64,000 nucleotides of DNA from Bacillota bacterium (lineage in GTDB: Bacteria > Bacillota > JAAYKD01): contig OY762825.2 in NCBI GenBank assembly GCA_963666425.2, positions 320,001 through 384,000 of the forward strand, given 5' to 3'. Position numbers and translations under genes: made by a program. Below are positions 17,795 through 28,955 of this stretch, piece after piece; the stretch's first letter is position 1; every line of letters begins with the position of its first letter. The notes below the pieces were generated by a model. It saw only the letters and a list, made by a program, of their open reading frames with translations, was not told the origin of the DNA and made no database searches.

Positions 17795-20700
17795 AGATGA
17801 GATTTGATTTTTGCAACAGTTGCTGCGCAATCACTGCTACTTCTGCACGGGTAATGAAGTCCCGCGGTGCCAGTTCTGTACTGCTTCTGCCGGAGACGAT
17901 TCCTGTACTGAGACAGGCTGCCACATCCGCTTTGGCATAACCTGCAATGTCTTCGCTGTCGCGGAAACGAACAAAAAGGGTATTGACATCGTCCTGTGTC
18001 AGAATCGGATACAGTTTGGTCAACTTCATCGCAGAGCCAATCATGGTCATCGCCTGTTCGCGGCTGATTTTGTCCTGCGGTCCAAATTGGCCGTTGCTAT
18101 AACCGGCAACAATGCCATAGTTACTGGCGGTTTCAATATATCCGCTATACCAGACGCCTACTGCAACATCACTGAATCGGCTGCTGCCGATCGTCTCCTG
18201 TAAACCCAATGCCCGCACCAAAATGGCAGCAAATTCAGCTCGGCTGATCGAACGCTCCGGCTCATACTGCGTGGTGCTGACACCGCTGACAATCAATCGG
18301 GATCCCAGGTCGTTGATGGCTGCGCTTGCCCAGTGGCTGAGCGTATCCGCAAACTCCATCGGATGATAAATTACGGCATAGGTACTGTTGGTCAGACTAT
18401 TGATCTTCGCATAATATTTTCCTTCGATGACAACGATCGTGGTTGGCACGTGGCTGAAGCTGCCATCCGAATTCAGTACAATTCCCGTGGTGACTCTGGC
18501 GGGGTCGATGCCTTCCGGTATGGCGATCGTTCTCTCCACATAACCGTTGAATTTGGCAACCTCCACAGTTTTCTCACCGCTGGTGCAGGTGATTGCAAAA
18601 TCAACCGGTTCTACCACGATTTGATATTGATTTCGGCTGGCAGTGTCCCGCACGATTCTCGCTGTATCATTGGAGGAGGAAGAGATGGTAATGTTGACCT
18701 GAATGTCTTTTAATTCAATTTGCGTTCCAAATTGCTGCGATACATCGAGGATACTAATCTGATTTGCCGGCAATGTATAGGTGATATTTTCTGTCCTAAT
18801 CTGCAGGACGGCTTCTTTCTCTTCCATGGCTTTCACTGTTTGCCCATTCAGGTTGCTGACGAAGATATCCGAAGTATTCGCAAAAGGTATGGTAACAATG
18901 GCATGATTGCCTTCTTGCGCTAATAGTCCCTCCAGACGGGTGTCGTCTACTAAGATCGTCTCGACGGTTTTCTCCTCTACGGTTGTGATCGCTGAATTTC
19001 CGGCATCCTGTTTGACACCATTCACTTCAATTATCACCGGTGAAGGTGGTATTACTGCATCTTCCATATCGGTCGTAATCGATTCTGGTGTAAAGACTGC
19101 CATATTACCCGCTTCGTCTTTGACCAGAACATTGAGGTAATAGGTTGTATGGCTTCTCAAATTACTGACGGTCACTTCCGACAGATTCGCAGTCCAATCC
19201 GTGGCGACACTACCGCTGCGCATTGCTTCTGTCACAGTTGCAATCGTATCCTGTAAGCAATAGATTACCCGATATTGTAAAGTTCCTTGTGCACTGCAGC
19301 TGTCAGTGGCCGCAGTCCAAGTTAAAGCAGCGGAATTGACTGCAATCTCCCCCGTTGTAAGTGTTCCGCCGGCTCCTGTCTGCGGTGCGGTTTGGTCATG
19401 CAGCGTCAGGATACCGCTGGATGCGCTGAAGGCAACCGCATTTCCGGCAATATCCAACAGGGCCTGAGCATTGCTCGGTTTGATCTGAATGGTTTCCAGA
19501 CCGGCTGGAATCCCATTCAGTGTAATAAATACTCGTAAAACCGTTTCTTCGCCGCTAAGGTCACTGGCGCTGGCTTCCAACAAAGAATCCGCTTTTTTAA
19601 CAGAGCTGATCGCCGCCGTGAGCGCGGAGCCGTTATTTTGTGCGAAAACAAGATTCAATTCAGCAGGACTCACCAGCCTGGTTAACGTGACCGGACCAAA
19701 GATCCCTTCGGAGAAAGTCAGGTCAACAAAGGAATTGTCTGTGCTTAAAACAGCAGCCGTGATCGATGGCAAAATGGTGTCAATGAAAATCCCATCGGTA
19801 GCTGCGCTGTTGTTCAGGGTTAAAATCGCATCATTACCTGCTAAATCCTTGATACTGGCACCGTTTAAGGTAATCGAAGCTGTTAACGCAAGGCCATCGG
19901 CATCATTTTCTCCTGACGCAACAGTATAAACAAATCTTAAAGCAGACGAACCGCTGCCAGAGAGATAAGCTGTATCGGCCATACTATTACCAACAATCAC
20001 TCCCAGGATTGGGTTGCTGCCATTTGGAACAAAGATGGGTTCTGAAAAATCTACGATGAATTCCAACTCATCAGCCGCGATATAGTATCCATTTGCCGGT
20101 ACGCTGACACTGGTAATGTAGGGTGCTATCGCATCCAACAAGATTGCCGCCGTGCTGCTGACGTTGTGCAGACGAAGATAGGCCGGATTACCAACCGTAT
20201 CGTGAATGGATGAGCCAATGATTGTGATCTCCGGAGCCAACAGAATACCATCGCTGTCAGAATCACCGGCAGAGACCGTATAACGGAACAACAGCGTATT
20301 CGTGTTGCTGCCATTGACGTAATTTGCCTCTACTGTTCTGGAGTCAAGGGTCACTGTTAAAAATGGCTGTTCTCCTGAAATAAGGATGAAATCACCGACA
20401 TGAACGGTCTCGGAGAACTGCACATAAAAGTCCAGGTTCTCCCCTGTTTTGTAGGTCTTATTCGGGGGCAGTGTCACAGCAGTTACGACCGGTGCGATAC
20501 CGTCGATCAGGATCCCATCTGTGTTGCCTGCATTTTGTAGGGAAAGATTGGCCGGATTTCCTGCTGCATCTTTCAGGCTTGCACCTGATGTTGTCAGAGC
20601 AGCGGCCAAGCGGATCCCGTCCGAGTCAAAATCCCCTTCAGCAACCGTATAACGGAAGACAAGAGATTCCGTTCCGCTGCCATTAACATATTCTGCGTTA

Positions 20701-23700
20701 ACGGGTGCAGCAGTAATGGTCAAGCCTAATAACAATGAGGAATTCAAAGAATCCAACAAGGATTCCAATTCAACCGGTTCCGAAAACACAACCGTGAATT
20801 CAAGCAAGTCGCTAATTCCATAACTGCCATTCAGAGGTAGGATCAGACTGACAATATTCGGTGCAATGCCATCAATCAGAACACCGGTTGAAACTGGAAT
20901 ATTGCTGATTGCATTCACGGCATCATTACCTGCCAGATCTTTGATACTGCAGCCGTTCACTGAAAAATCGGAGTCAATGTCGATCCCGTCATCGTCGAAA
21001 TCTCCGGAAGCAACCAGATAGGCAAAATTCAAAGCCGTGGAATTGCTGCCAGTCGTGAATTCAGCCCGGACTACTTGATTACCGATCGTCAATGTCAAAT
21101 AGGGTTTCATGCTGAGACCCTGCGTTAAGTCTTCCACTTTGACAGTTTCTGAGAAATTGACAGTAAACGTCAAGACTGATCCTGCTTTATAATTGCTATT
21201 GACCGGTATCACGAGTGAAGTGACAAACGGCAGAACACCATCCACCCTGACTGCCGTGGTAGATGCCGCTTGATTGATCGTCAAGTTTGCGTGATTTCCC
21301 GCCGCGTCATATAGAAGATAAGTTCCGTTTATGATTGCGCTGGCCAGCACAATTCCATCGGTATCGAGATCACCCTCGCAAATCGTGTAGCCAAACAACA
21401 AGGCATTGCTGCCACTGCCGCTGAGATACTGCGCTTTCTGCTCCGCAGATCCGATTGTCAGGCTCAGGTATGGTTTTGTTTCCGATACTTGCAGCAGATC
21501 TTCCACAGTGATTGTTTCCGTGAAAGTAACCGTAAAGATTAGTGTCTCACCAATACAGTAAGTGTCGTCAAGCGGCACGCTGAGCGAAAGAACGGCAGGC
21601 GCGACTGCATCGACAGTCACGAAACTCGTACTGGTCATACCATGCAGGGTCAGCTCAGCCGGATTGCCGGCAAGATCACTGATCCCACTGCCTGCCGCTG
21701 CGATTGCTGCCGCATAGGCTATACCGTCTGTATCCAGATCATTTTCCTCAATGGTATATCGGAAAAGCAAGCTTGAGGAGCCGCTGCCGCTCGCATAATT
21801 GGCCTCCGCTTGTCTGCCGCCAATCGTCAAAAGCATATAGGGGGTGTTTGCTTCGATTTTGACCAGTTCTGAGAAGCGAACCATAAAGTCGAGTGTCTGA
21901 CCGGCTGTATAAACGCCATCGGCAGGAACAGACACACTGCTAACCGTTGGTGTGATGGCGTCTACCAAAACAGCTGTTGTGCTGCCGATATGATTCAGCG
22001 TCAGCGAGGCTGGATTGCCGGCCATATCCTGGATGGTTGTACTGATTGTAGAGATTGCATTCGCGAGCTGAATCCCATCGGTATCCTGCTCACCCGCAGC
22101 CACGGTATATCGGAAAGTTAAATTCTCTGTATTAATACCATCCAGGAAGCTTGCCAGCACCGGAGTGCTGCCAATGGTTAAACCAAGATACGCTGTACGA
22201 GTTACATACGGCAATTCTATTAAACTGATCGGTTCCGAGAAATGAACTGTAAAGATCAGGCTTTCACCGGTAATATAAGTATCTGGATCTGGCACGCTGA
22301 CGCCGATGATCACAGGGATGACTGCATCGACTTTGATGCCGACAGTTGGAGCAATTGCATTCAGCGTAAGGCTTGCAGCATTTCCTGCTGCATCTTTGAG
22401 ATTCTCGCCGACAGAGCGCAGTGCAGCTGCCAAAGCAATGCCATCTGTATCCAGCTGACCCGCTGTAACGGTATAATTAAACTGTAAAGCAGTCGTTCCG
22501 CTGCCGGAGAGATAAGCTGCATCGACTGTGCTTTCACCGACAGTGACGTTTAATACAAGGCTGCTTTCATTCGGCAGCAAGACAGGTTCCGAAAAATTGA
22601 CGGTAAAGCGCAGAGATTGCCCGATGATATAAATGCCATCGGCCGGAACATGAACAGACACGACCACTGGTTTGACTGCATCAACAAAAACTCCCGAAGT
22701 AGATGCAATTCCGGTCAGAGCAAGCTCGGCATCATTTCCGGCAGCGTCTTTCAGCGCAGAGCCAAGATTGAGCGCAAGCAAACCGACTGTGATACCGTCG
22801 GTATCCATCTGATTCTCCTGCACAATAGATGCAAAATTCAAAACAGTAGTTCCGCTGCCGGATGTATAGTCTGCGTTGACAGAACTGCCGCCGATGATCA
22901 GCTCCAACTTGAGACCGCTTGCTTCTGACAGCCAAACGATTTTAGAAAACTGGATGCTGAAATTCAAACTTTCACCGGCAAGATAGGTATCTGCGGCCGG
23001 CACACTGACACTCGTTACCTGCGGCAGAACTGCATCGACCAGAACAGCGGCTGTGTCACCCACTGAACTTAACGTCAAATCCGCTTCATTTGTCGCTAAA
23101 TCGCAAATCTTACTGCTTACAGCATCAATCGGTGAAAGGACGGTAATGCCGTCACTGTCAAAATCGTTCCTGACAATCGTATAAGAAAATACAAGAGCAT
23201 TCGTATTGCTGCCGCTGCGATATTCCGCCTCTACGGTATTACTGCCTATCCTGAGTGGAAGATAGGCTTGACTGACGCTTCCGCCCAACAGACTGGTCAC
23301 AGCGACCGGTTCCGAAAAATGAACGGTAAAGAGCAGCGTTTCTGCCAGCTTGTAAGTTTTGGCAGCAGGAACGGTAACCTGAGTTATTACTGGCCGCACC
23401 GCGTCCACCAGGACGGAGGCAGTAGATTCAAGCGGCAGATTCGGATTGATTGTATTACCGGCAGCATCAAAAAAATCATAGGTTAGTTTATTTAATGCGC
23501 CGGCAACGACGATTCCATCCGGATCCAGGTCGTTTTCTGCAATGGTATAACGGAATAAAAGCGCACTGCTGCCGCTGCCGCTGAGATAATCGGCTTTCAC
23601 TGTCGAACTTTCGAGAGTGAGTTCGAGGTAAGGATTACCCCCTAAATTCGGGGATGGATTATTCAGGAAGACGTCTTCCGAGCAGTTGAGGATGAAATCG

Positions 23701-26700
23701 AGTTGGCTGCCGATGCTATAAACTCCTGCAACGGGTAAACTGAGCGAGCTGACGGTTGGCACAATCGCATCCACATAAATCAGGTTCGTGTTAATGACTT
23801 CGTTCAGCACCCGGCTGGCTTCATTGCCGGCAGCATCGAAGAGACTTTCTCCCGTACCGCTGATCAGTGTGCCCAAGCCAATACTGTCCGTGTCCGTATC
23901 ACCAGACAAAACGGTATAACGGAATAAGATCGCATTGCTGCCGCTGCCGCTGAGATAGTTGGCATGAACAATGGATTGACCGATCGTTAGGATTAGGTGC
24001 AGCGGATCGGAGTCCGGTCGGGTTTCTGTTAGGGTGACATTTTCAGAAAAATACACCGTAAAATCCAGCGTTTCTCCCATCCGATAGGTATCTGCAGCAG
24101 GCACAGTCACACTGGTGATGGACGCTGCCACTGCATCGACGGTCACCAAACTCGTATTGCCCATGCCGTGCAGGGTCAGCTCAGCCGGATTGCCGGCAAG
24201 GTCTGTCAGCCAGCTTCCCGCCGTTGCAATCAGCGGTTCACAGCTGATCCCATCCATGTCGAGATCATTCTGCAGCACAGTATAACGGAAAAGCAGGTTT
24301 GGAGAACCGCTGCCGCTGCTATAATTTACTTGTACTTGCCTGCCGCCAATCGTCAGCAGTAAATAGGGATTATTCGTGCTAACCGATTCCGAAAACACCA
24401 CCGTAAAGTCGAGTGTTTGACCGGTTGTATAAACACCATTGGCAGGAACAGCTACACTGCTAACCGTTGGGATTATGGCGTCTACTAAAACAGCTGTCGT
24501 ACTACCAACGTTATTCAGTGTCAGCAACGCTTGATTGTTAGCAGCGTCCTGAATTGCAGCGCCCGCCAAGTGAATGGCAGTCGCTAGTTCTACGCCGTTA
24601 TCATCTGCATCATCGGCTGCAATGGTGTAAGTGAAAGTAAGGTTTTCCGAACCGCTGCCACTAAGGTAAGATACTTGCACGGTTGTAGAACCGATTGATA
24701 GGCTGAGATAAGCCTGACTGTCTTGATCTGCCAAAACAAGATTGACAGCTTCCGAGAAGTTCACGATAAAGGAAAGCCTGTTGCCAATAATGTAAGTATC
24801 CGGACTCGGTACCGTGACACTGTTGACCACAGGAGCGACTGCATCCACTTGGACCCCGGCAGTGGAGGCGATTGAATTCAGCGTCAGCAGCGCAGCATTG
24901 CCTGCGGAATCCGTGATATTTTCACCGATTGAGGAAAGGGAGGTAATAACAATCCCATCCGTGTCAAGCTGACCTTCTAAGACGGTATATATGAACTGCA
25001 AAGAAGACGTCGCGCTGCCGGAGGAATAGGCTGCATTCACCATGCTGCCGCCAATGTTGATTTCTAAAGCGGAGTTACTTCCATTCACCACCGCAACATT
25101 CTCAGAAAAATTCACGTTGAAAGAAAGGGTTGCTCCGGTACGGTAAGTCGCTGCAGCCGGTACGTTAACGGAAAGAACAGTCGGTGCTTGCTGATCGACG
25201 GTATAGATTTCTCCCGAGGTAAATGCAGCAGCTGCAATCGCATTGCCTGCGCTGTCACAGATACCGGTGCCGCCCGCATTCAGATCCAGACGCAAACTGC
25301 CGCTGCCGGACACGGAAGAAAGCGTGACATCATAAATCGCTCCGCTTACGGAAGATACAGAGATGATGCTGGCGCTGACTGTTCCACTCGTGACAAGTGC
25401 GAAATCGTTGGTATCCACACCGGTAACAATCTTACTGAAGGTCACACGGTAAACCAGATTGGAAGCATTGGTCAATGACCCTAGAGGCTGTTTGCGCAGG
25501 ATGGAAGCAACTGCAGGTGCTGTGTCATCATTAATGATTACTGTTATTACCTGCTGATCGCCGGACTCAATACCGTTTAATATTGCAGAGATATCGATCA
25601 GAATCGTCTCGTTCTCTTCCACCAAGCCGTCATCGGTTGAGGTAATCGTAAACCCGCCTTCTGTCATGCCGGCAGAAATAACAAGAGATGCTGCTGCGGT
25701 ATAATCGGTATCACGTGTTGCTGTTCCGCTGTAGCTGAATGAAACAGTGGTATCTTGGCTGTAGGCGGCAGACAGCGCCGCAGTGACGGTTGCCGTACCG
25801 CTGCTTTCCATTATTAACGAATTTTTGATGGATAATGTCACTGTCGGTATGGTAGGATTCCATTGAGCATAGAGCGTTGCATTACCGAAAACAAGATAAT
25901 CAGAACCTACAATATAATTTGTTCCCGAACCGTTGCTGAGCGTATTCCAGCCGCCAAATTCCGCGCCTGATTTTGCCAACTCACCGGAATTACCGGCAAC
26001 AGCAATCGTCAATCCGGATGGATAAAATCCAGTATCGATCGGAGCCGAACCGGTGGTGTTCAGATTACCGTCGTAAGTGATCCGATATAAGTTTGTGATG
26101 ACCGGAGGCGTGAAAGCAAGGATGGGGAAACCAAAATTCTTTAGACTGAGATCAGCGTTCCAGGTTGTGCTGCCGTGATTCAGTGTGGTCAAGAATGTAT
26201 TGCTCTGTAATTCAGCAACGGTTTGCGGGATGGAATCCCCAGTTAATTTTCCTGCCTGACTGGAACCGACTCCTTTTGCTGCTAAAACTGTTGCATTACG
26301 AACGTGCGCTGCTTGGCTATTATGATAGCTTCGGACGATCGTGCCACCATCGCTGTAACCAATCAGACCACCTAAGTATTCCGCTACGCTGCAGGTCACA
26401 TTACCTGTAGCATAACAAGCTGTGATGGTTGTAGAAGGTACACCTGCGCCATCAATGCCAAGGTATCCGATCAAACCGCCGGCAGAAGGATATTCTCCTC
26501 CGTTTGCGATTACACTGCTTGTTGAATAACAATCCGTGATCGTGCCGCTAATCTGCGCCATGCCGAGCAATCCACCTGCGCTTGCATCTGTACCACCTTT
26601 GATACTGCCGGACGAAGAACAATTGTTGATCGTACTATAGGCAAAGGAACCCGCTATACCGCCGACATAGGTATAGTTATCCGCACTGGAAATATAACCC

Positions 26701-28673
26701 GTCGTAAAACAATTGGAAATATGGCTTGTGATCCCGATATAACCGCTGACTGCTCCTGCCAAACCACCAACCGAAGCGCTATTATAACCGGAATAAATTG
26801 AAACATTCGCTAAACCAAGATTCTGGAGAGTGCCACCATAAATATAACCAAATAAACCAGCATTACCAAATGTTGTGTTAGGACTCGTGGATGTGCCAAT
26901 TGCTAAGTTAGTGATCATGTGATTGTTGCCATCAAAAACGCCATCAAAAAAAATCAGATTGCTGTTACTTGTGGCTATGGGTATCCATTGAATTTGCGCC
27001 AGATCAAGATTCGCCATTAATTTATACTGACAGCTGCGATAGGTCGCATTTGAATTGTTCAACAAATCAGAAAGATAAGCCAGCTGTTCCGCATTGCCAA
27101 TCAAATAGGGAGAAGCCACAGAACCATCGCCAGCGGCGAAGGTTGCTGCCTTCGATCCATCCCAAGTATCAGTAGCTGCATATACCGTTGCAGTAAAACT
27201 CTTAGTCGCAGTAGTGGAACCATCGCTGACCAGAATGGCAAAAGTATCACTGCCGCAATAACCTGCTGCCGGTGTATAAGAAATCATACCGCCTGGCGAA
27301 ATGTCCGCCGAACCGGTAGCTGCGGTTGCTGCAAAAAAGGATAAGCTGCCATGCGCAGGAGCGGATTGCTGTGACCAAGTCAAGCTTTGGCTCGCGTCGG
27401 TATCGCTGGCATGCAAATAGGGTTTGAGATCGAACGCCGATTCGCTGGCAAAGACGGTCACCGTTTTCACGGCGCTGCTATAGGTAGGTGTCGTATTCGA
27501 AATGTAGCCGACACCGATCCCAGTCAACATCGGGTATCCCTGATTGACATTGCCGCTGTCTTTCTGCCAGACATTTGAGCCGGTATTGGTGTTTAAAAGC
27601 TGATAAAAAGCATCACTCTGCATTTCAGTGCTGCTCTTTGCGAATGGTGCACTCGAACTGTTGTTCGTACCCACTCCAACGGCAATGACAGTGCTATTCC
27701 AGTAGCTTGTATTGGTTACTCCGGAAACCATAAAACCAACAAATCCGCCTACTTTGGTGGCTAACCCAGCAGCAGCGCTGACATTGCCGGTTGCGTAACA
27801 ATTAGTTATGATGGCATTTGTCTTGCCAACACTGCCCCAATAGCCGATCAAACCGCCAGCCATAGCGGATCCTGTACAGTTCACCGTACCCAACGCATAA
27901 CAATTAGTCACAGCAGCAGCAGTGTCATTGTTATTGCGCCCAATCAAACCGCCGGCTTGAGTGTATAGTGTTGTTGATGTGAGATCAACTGCAGTGCTGC
28001 CGGCACCAGTGATATCGACAACAGTATAAGATGAGGTTACTGTTGCAGGGTTAACATGCCCAATCAATCCACCGATATAGCTGTTGTCTGCCAAACTGCT
28101 GATCGTTCCGGTCGCGTAACAATTGCTGACTGTTCCGTTTATATACCCAACTAGACAGCCAATTCTGCTGCCAACAGTTGAATAATTCACATAAATAGCT
28201 GCATTCACTACACCTATATTGCGGATAGACGCGGTGTTCTGCGTAAAGCCAGTATAACCGAACAAGCCGTTGAATTTCAGTGTGGTTACATAAGAAGACG
28301 AAGTCCCGATCGCAAGATTACTTACTTTATGATTCTGACCGTCAAAATTGCCGTAAAAATCCTTTGTCGCTGTTCCAATCGGAGTCCATTGCAAGTGATT
28401 CAGATCAATATCGGCGGTAAGCTGATAATATGCATTCTGATAAGCTGCATTCCCACCACTGACTAAGGTAGCCAAATACGCCAACTGCTCTCCGGTGGCA
28501 ATTTGATAAGGCTCGCCCACTGTTCCCGTTCCACCGGAAAATGAAGCGGCGACGCTGCCATCCCATACATCCGTTGCAGCTGATACTGTAGGTAATAAAT
28601 TGGCATTTAAACCCCAGAAAAGAAAAACAGATAAAAGTAAGATCAGAACTTTGCTGGATAAATGGTTTCTCAT
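17793..28673 (-). CDS. Giant SLH-anchored surface protein / putative adhesin (~3,626 aa)
   Basis: Signal peptide; two GLUG-type regions (WDGS..F.GG.G....PY.I); Listeria-Bacteroides repeat; Calx-beta-like domain; 15 tandem ~120-aa Ig-like repeats; FN3-like domain; three SLH motifs (ISRAE, ISREQ, ITRAE). Confidence 0.9.
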   Translation of the reverse strand: MRNHLSSKVLILLLSVFLFWGLNANLLPTVSAATDVWDGSVAASFSGGTGTVGEPYQIATGEQLAYLATLVSGGNAAYQNAYYQLTADIDLNHLQWTPIGTATKDFYGNFDGQNHKVSNLAIGTSSSYVTTLKFNGLFGYTGFTQNTASIRNIGVVNAAIYVNYSTVGSRIGCLVGYINGTVSNCYATGTISSLADNSYIGGLIGHVNPATVTSSYTVVDITGAGSTAVDLTSTTLYTQAGGLIGRNNNDTAAAVTNCYALGTVNCTGSAMAGGLIGYWGSVGKTNAIITNCYATGNVSAAAGLATKVGGFVGFMVSGVTNTSYWNSTVIAVGVGTNNSSSAPFAKSSTEMQSDAFYQLLNTNTGSNVWQKDSGNVNQGYPMLTGIGVGYISNTTPTYSSAVKTVTVFASESAFDLKPYLHASDTDASQSLTWSQQSAPAHGSLSFFAATAATGSADISPGGMISYTPAAGYCGSDTFAILVSDGSTTATKSFTATVYAATDTWDGSKAATFAAGDGSVASPYLIGNAEQLAYLSDLLNNSNATYRSCQYKLMANLDLAQIQWIPIATSNSNLIFFDGVFDGNNHMITNLAIGTSTSPNTTFGNAGLFGYIYGGTLQNLGLANVSIYSGYNSASVGGLAGAVSGYIGITSHISNCFTTGYISSADNYTYVGGIAGSFAYSTINNCSSSGSIKGGTDASAGGLLGMAQISGTITDCYSTSSVIANGGEYPSAGGLIGYLGIDGAGVPSTTITACYATGNVTCSVAEYLGGLIGYSDGGTIVRSYHNSQAAHVRNATVLAAKGVGSSQAGKLTGDSIPQTVAELQSNTFLTTLNHGSTTWNADLSLKNFGFPILAFTPPVITNLYRITYDGNLNTTGSAPIDTGFYPSGLTIAVAGNSGELAKSGAEFGGWNTLSNGSGTNYIVGSDYLVFGNATLYAQWNPTIPTVTLSIKNSLIMESSGTATVTAALSAAYSQDTTVSFSYSGTATRDTDYTAAASLVISAGMTEGGFTITSTDDGLVEENETILIDISAILNGIESGDQQVITVIINDDTAPAVASILRKQPLGSLTNASNLVYRVTFSKIVTGVDTNDFALVTSGTVSASIISVSSVSGAIYDVTLSSVSGSGSLRLDLNAGGTGICDSAGNAIAAAAFTSGEIYTVDQQAPTVLSVNVPAAATYRTGATLSFNVNFSENVAVVNGSNSALEINIGGSMVNAAYSSGSATSSLQFIYTVLEGQLDTDGIVITSLSSIGENITDSAGNAALLTLNSIASTAGVQVDAVAPVVNSVTVPSPDTYIIGNRLSFIVNFSEAVNLVLADQDSQAYLSLSIGSTTVQVSYLSGSGSENLTFTYTIAADDADDNGVELATAIHLAGAAIQDAANNQALLTLNNVGSTTAVLVDAIIPTVSSVAVPANGVYTTGQTLDFTVVFSESVSTNNPYLLLTIGGRQVQVNYSSGSGSPNLLFRYTVLQNDLDMDGISCEPLIATAGSWLTDLAGNPAELTLHGMGNTSLVTVDAVAASITSVTVPAADTYRMGETLDFTVYFSENVTLTETRPDSDPLHLILTIGQSIVHANYLSGSGSNAILFRYTVLSGDTDTDSIGLGTLISGTGESLFDAAGNEASRVLNEVINTNLIYVDAIVPTVSSLSLPVAGVYSIGSQLDFILNCSEDVFLNNPSPNLGGNPYLELTLESSTVKADYLSGSGSSALLFRYTIAENDLDPDGIVVAGALNKLTYDFFDAAGNTINPNLPLESTASVLVDAVRPVITQVTVPAAKTYKLAETLLFTVHFSEPVAVTSLLGGSVSQAYLPLRIGSNTVEAEYRSGSNTNALVFSYTIVRNDFDSDGITVLSPIDAVSSKICDLATNEADLTLSSVGDTAAVLVDAVLPQVTSVSVPAADTYLAGESLNFSIQFSKIVWLSEASGLKLELIIGGSSVNADYTSGSGTTVLNFASIVQENQMDTDGITVGLLALNLGSALKDAAGNDAELALTGIASTSGVFVDAVKPVVVSVHVPADGIYIIGQSLRFTVNFSEPVLLPNESSLVLNVTVGESTVDAAYLSGSGTTALQFNYTVTAGQLDTDGIALAAALRSVGENLKDAAGNAASLTLNAIAPTVGIKVDAVIPVIIGVSVPDPDTYITGESLIFTVHFSEPISLIELPYVTRTAYLGLTIGSTPVLASFLDGINTENLTFRYTVAAGEQDTDGIQLANAISTISTTIQDMAGNPASLTLNHIGSTTAVLVDAITPTVSSVSVPADGVYTAGQTLDFMVRFSELVKIEANTPYMLLTIGGRQAEANYASGSGSSSLLFRYTIEENDLDTDGIAYAAAIAAAGSGISDLAGNPAELTLHGMTSTSFVTVDAVAPAVLSLSVPLDDTYCIGETLIFTVTFTETITVEDLLQVSETKPYLSLTIGSAEQKAQYLSGSGSNALLFGYTICEGDLDTDGIVLASAIINGTYLLYDAAGNHANLTINQAASTTAVRVDGVLPFVTSLVIPVNSNYKAGSVLTFTVNFSETVKVEDLTQGLSMKPYLTLTIGNQVVRAEFTTGSNSTALNFAYLVASGDFDDDGIDIDSDFSVNGCSIKDLAGNDAVNAISNIPVSTGVLIDGIAPNIVSLILPLNGSYGISDLLEFTVVFSEPVELESLLDSLNSSLLLGLTITAAPVNAEYVNGSGTESLVFRYTVAEGDFDSDGIRLAAALTTSGASLKDAAGNPANLSLQNAGNTDGILIDGIAPVVTAVTLPPNKTYKTGENLDFYVQFSETVHVGDFILISGEQPFLTVTLDSRTVEANYVNGSNTNTLLFRYTVSAGDSDSDGILLAPEITIIGSSIHDTVGNPAYLRLHNVSSTAAILLDAIAPYITSVSVPANGYYIAADELEFIVDFSEPIFVPNGSNPILGVIVGNSMADTAYLSGSGSSALRFVYTVASGENDADGLALTASITLNGASIKDLAGNDAILTLNNSAATDGIFIDTILPSITAAVLSTDNSFVDLTFSEGIFGPVTLTRLVSPAELNLVFAQNNGSALTAAISSVKKADSLLEASASDLSGEETVLRVFITLNGIPAGLETIQIKPSNAQALLDIAGNAVAFSASSGILTLHDQTAPQTGAGGTLTTGEIAVNSAALTWTAATDSCSAQGTLQYRVIYCLQDTIATVTEAMRSGSVATDWTANLSEVTVSNLRSHTTYYLNVLVKDEAGNMAVFTPESITTDMEDAVIPPSPVIIEVNGVKQDAGNSAITTVEEKTVETILVDDTRLEGLLAQEGNHAIVTIPFANTSDIFVSNLNGQTVKAMEEKEAVLQIRTENITYTLPANQISILDVSQQFGTQIELKDIQVNITISSSSNDTARIVRDTASRNQYQIVVEPVDFAITCTSGEKTVEVAKFNGYVERTIAIPEGIDPARVTTGIVLNSDGSFSHVPTTIVVIEGKYYAKINSLTNSTYAVIYHPMEFADTLSHWASAAINDLGSRLIVSGVSTTQYEPERSISRAEFAAILVRALGLQETIGSSRFSDVAVGVWYSGYIETASNYGIVAGYSNGQFGPQDKISREQAMTMIGSAMKLTKLYPILTQDDVNTLFVRFRDSEDIAGYAKADVAACLSTGIVSGRSSTELAPRDFITRAEVAVIAQQLLQKSNLI
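19782..25196 (-). repeat. 15 tandem ~120-aa Ig-like coding repeats
   Basis: Unit D.(V/I).P.V.SV.VP...Y..G..L.F.V.FSE.V ... Y.SGSG...L.F.YT....D.D.DGI ... D.AGN.A. Confidence 0.9.
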
Positions 28674-28857
28674 ATTGCTTCGCTCCTTATTCTTCAATTG
28701 CTTTAAACTCCAAGGGCAGATTCTTCAGCTGATCATATTTAATTCAAAACAACAAGAACAATTAACCCTAAAATCTCAACTAGCTTTATTCTTAATTCTA
28801 CGAATACAGAAATAATCCTTGTTAAAAAATCTAAATACAAAAATATATTTCAAATAA

Positions 28858-28906
28858 AAAAGCATAATTCTTATACGCAAACAGCGTGTTTAAGAATTAT
28901 GCTTTT
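28858..28906 (-). terminator. Terminator after the GNAT gene
   Basis: 16-bp stem AAAAGCATAATTCTTA/TAAGAATTATGCTTTT. Confidence 0.7.
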
Positions 28907-28955
28907 AGCTACAATGCAAGAAGTATCCGTCCTCATATTTGCCAGATGATGCAGG

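Noticed and set aside
17811-27578. Many plus-strand ORFs opposite the giant gene, and similar antisense ORFs across the window
   Set aside because: Shadow ORFs of well-supported genes, with no motifs
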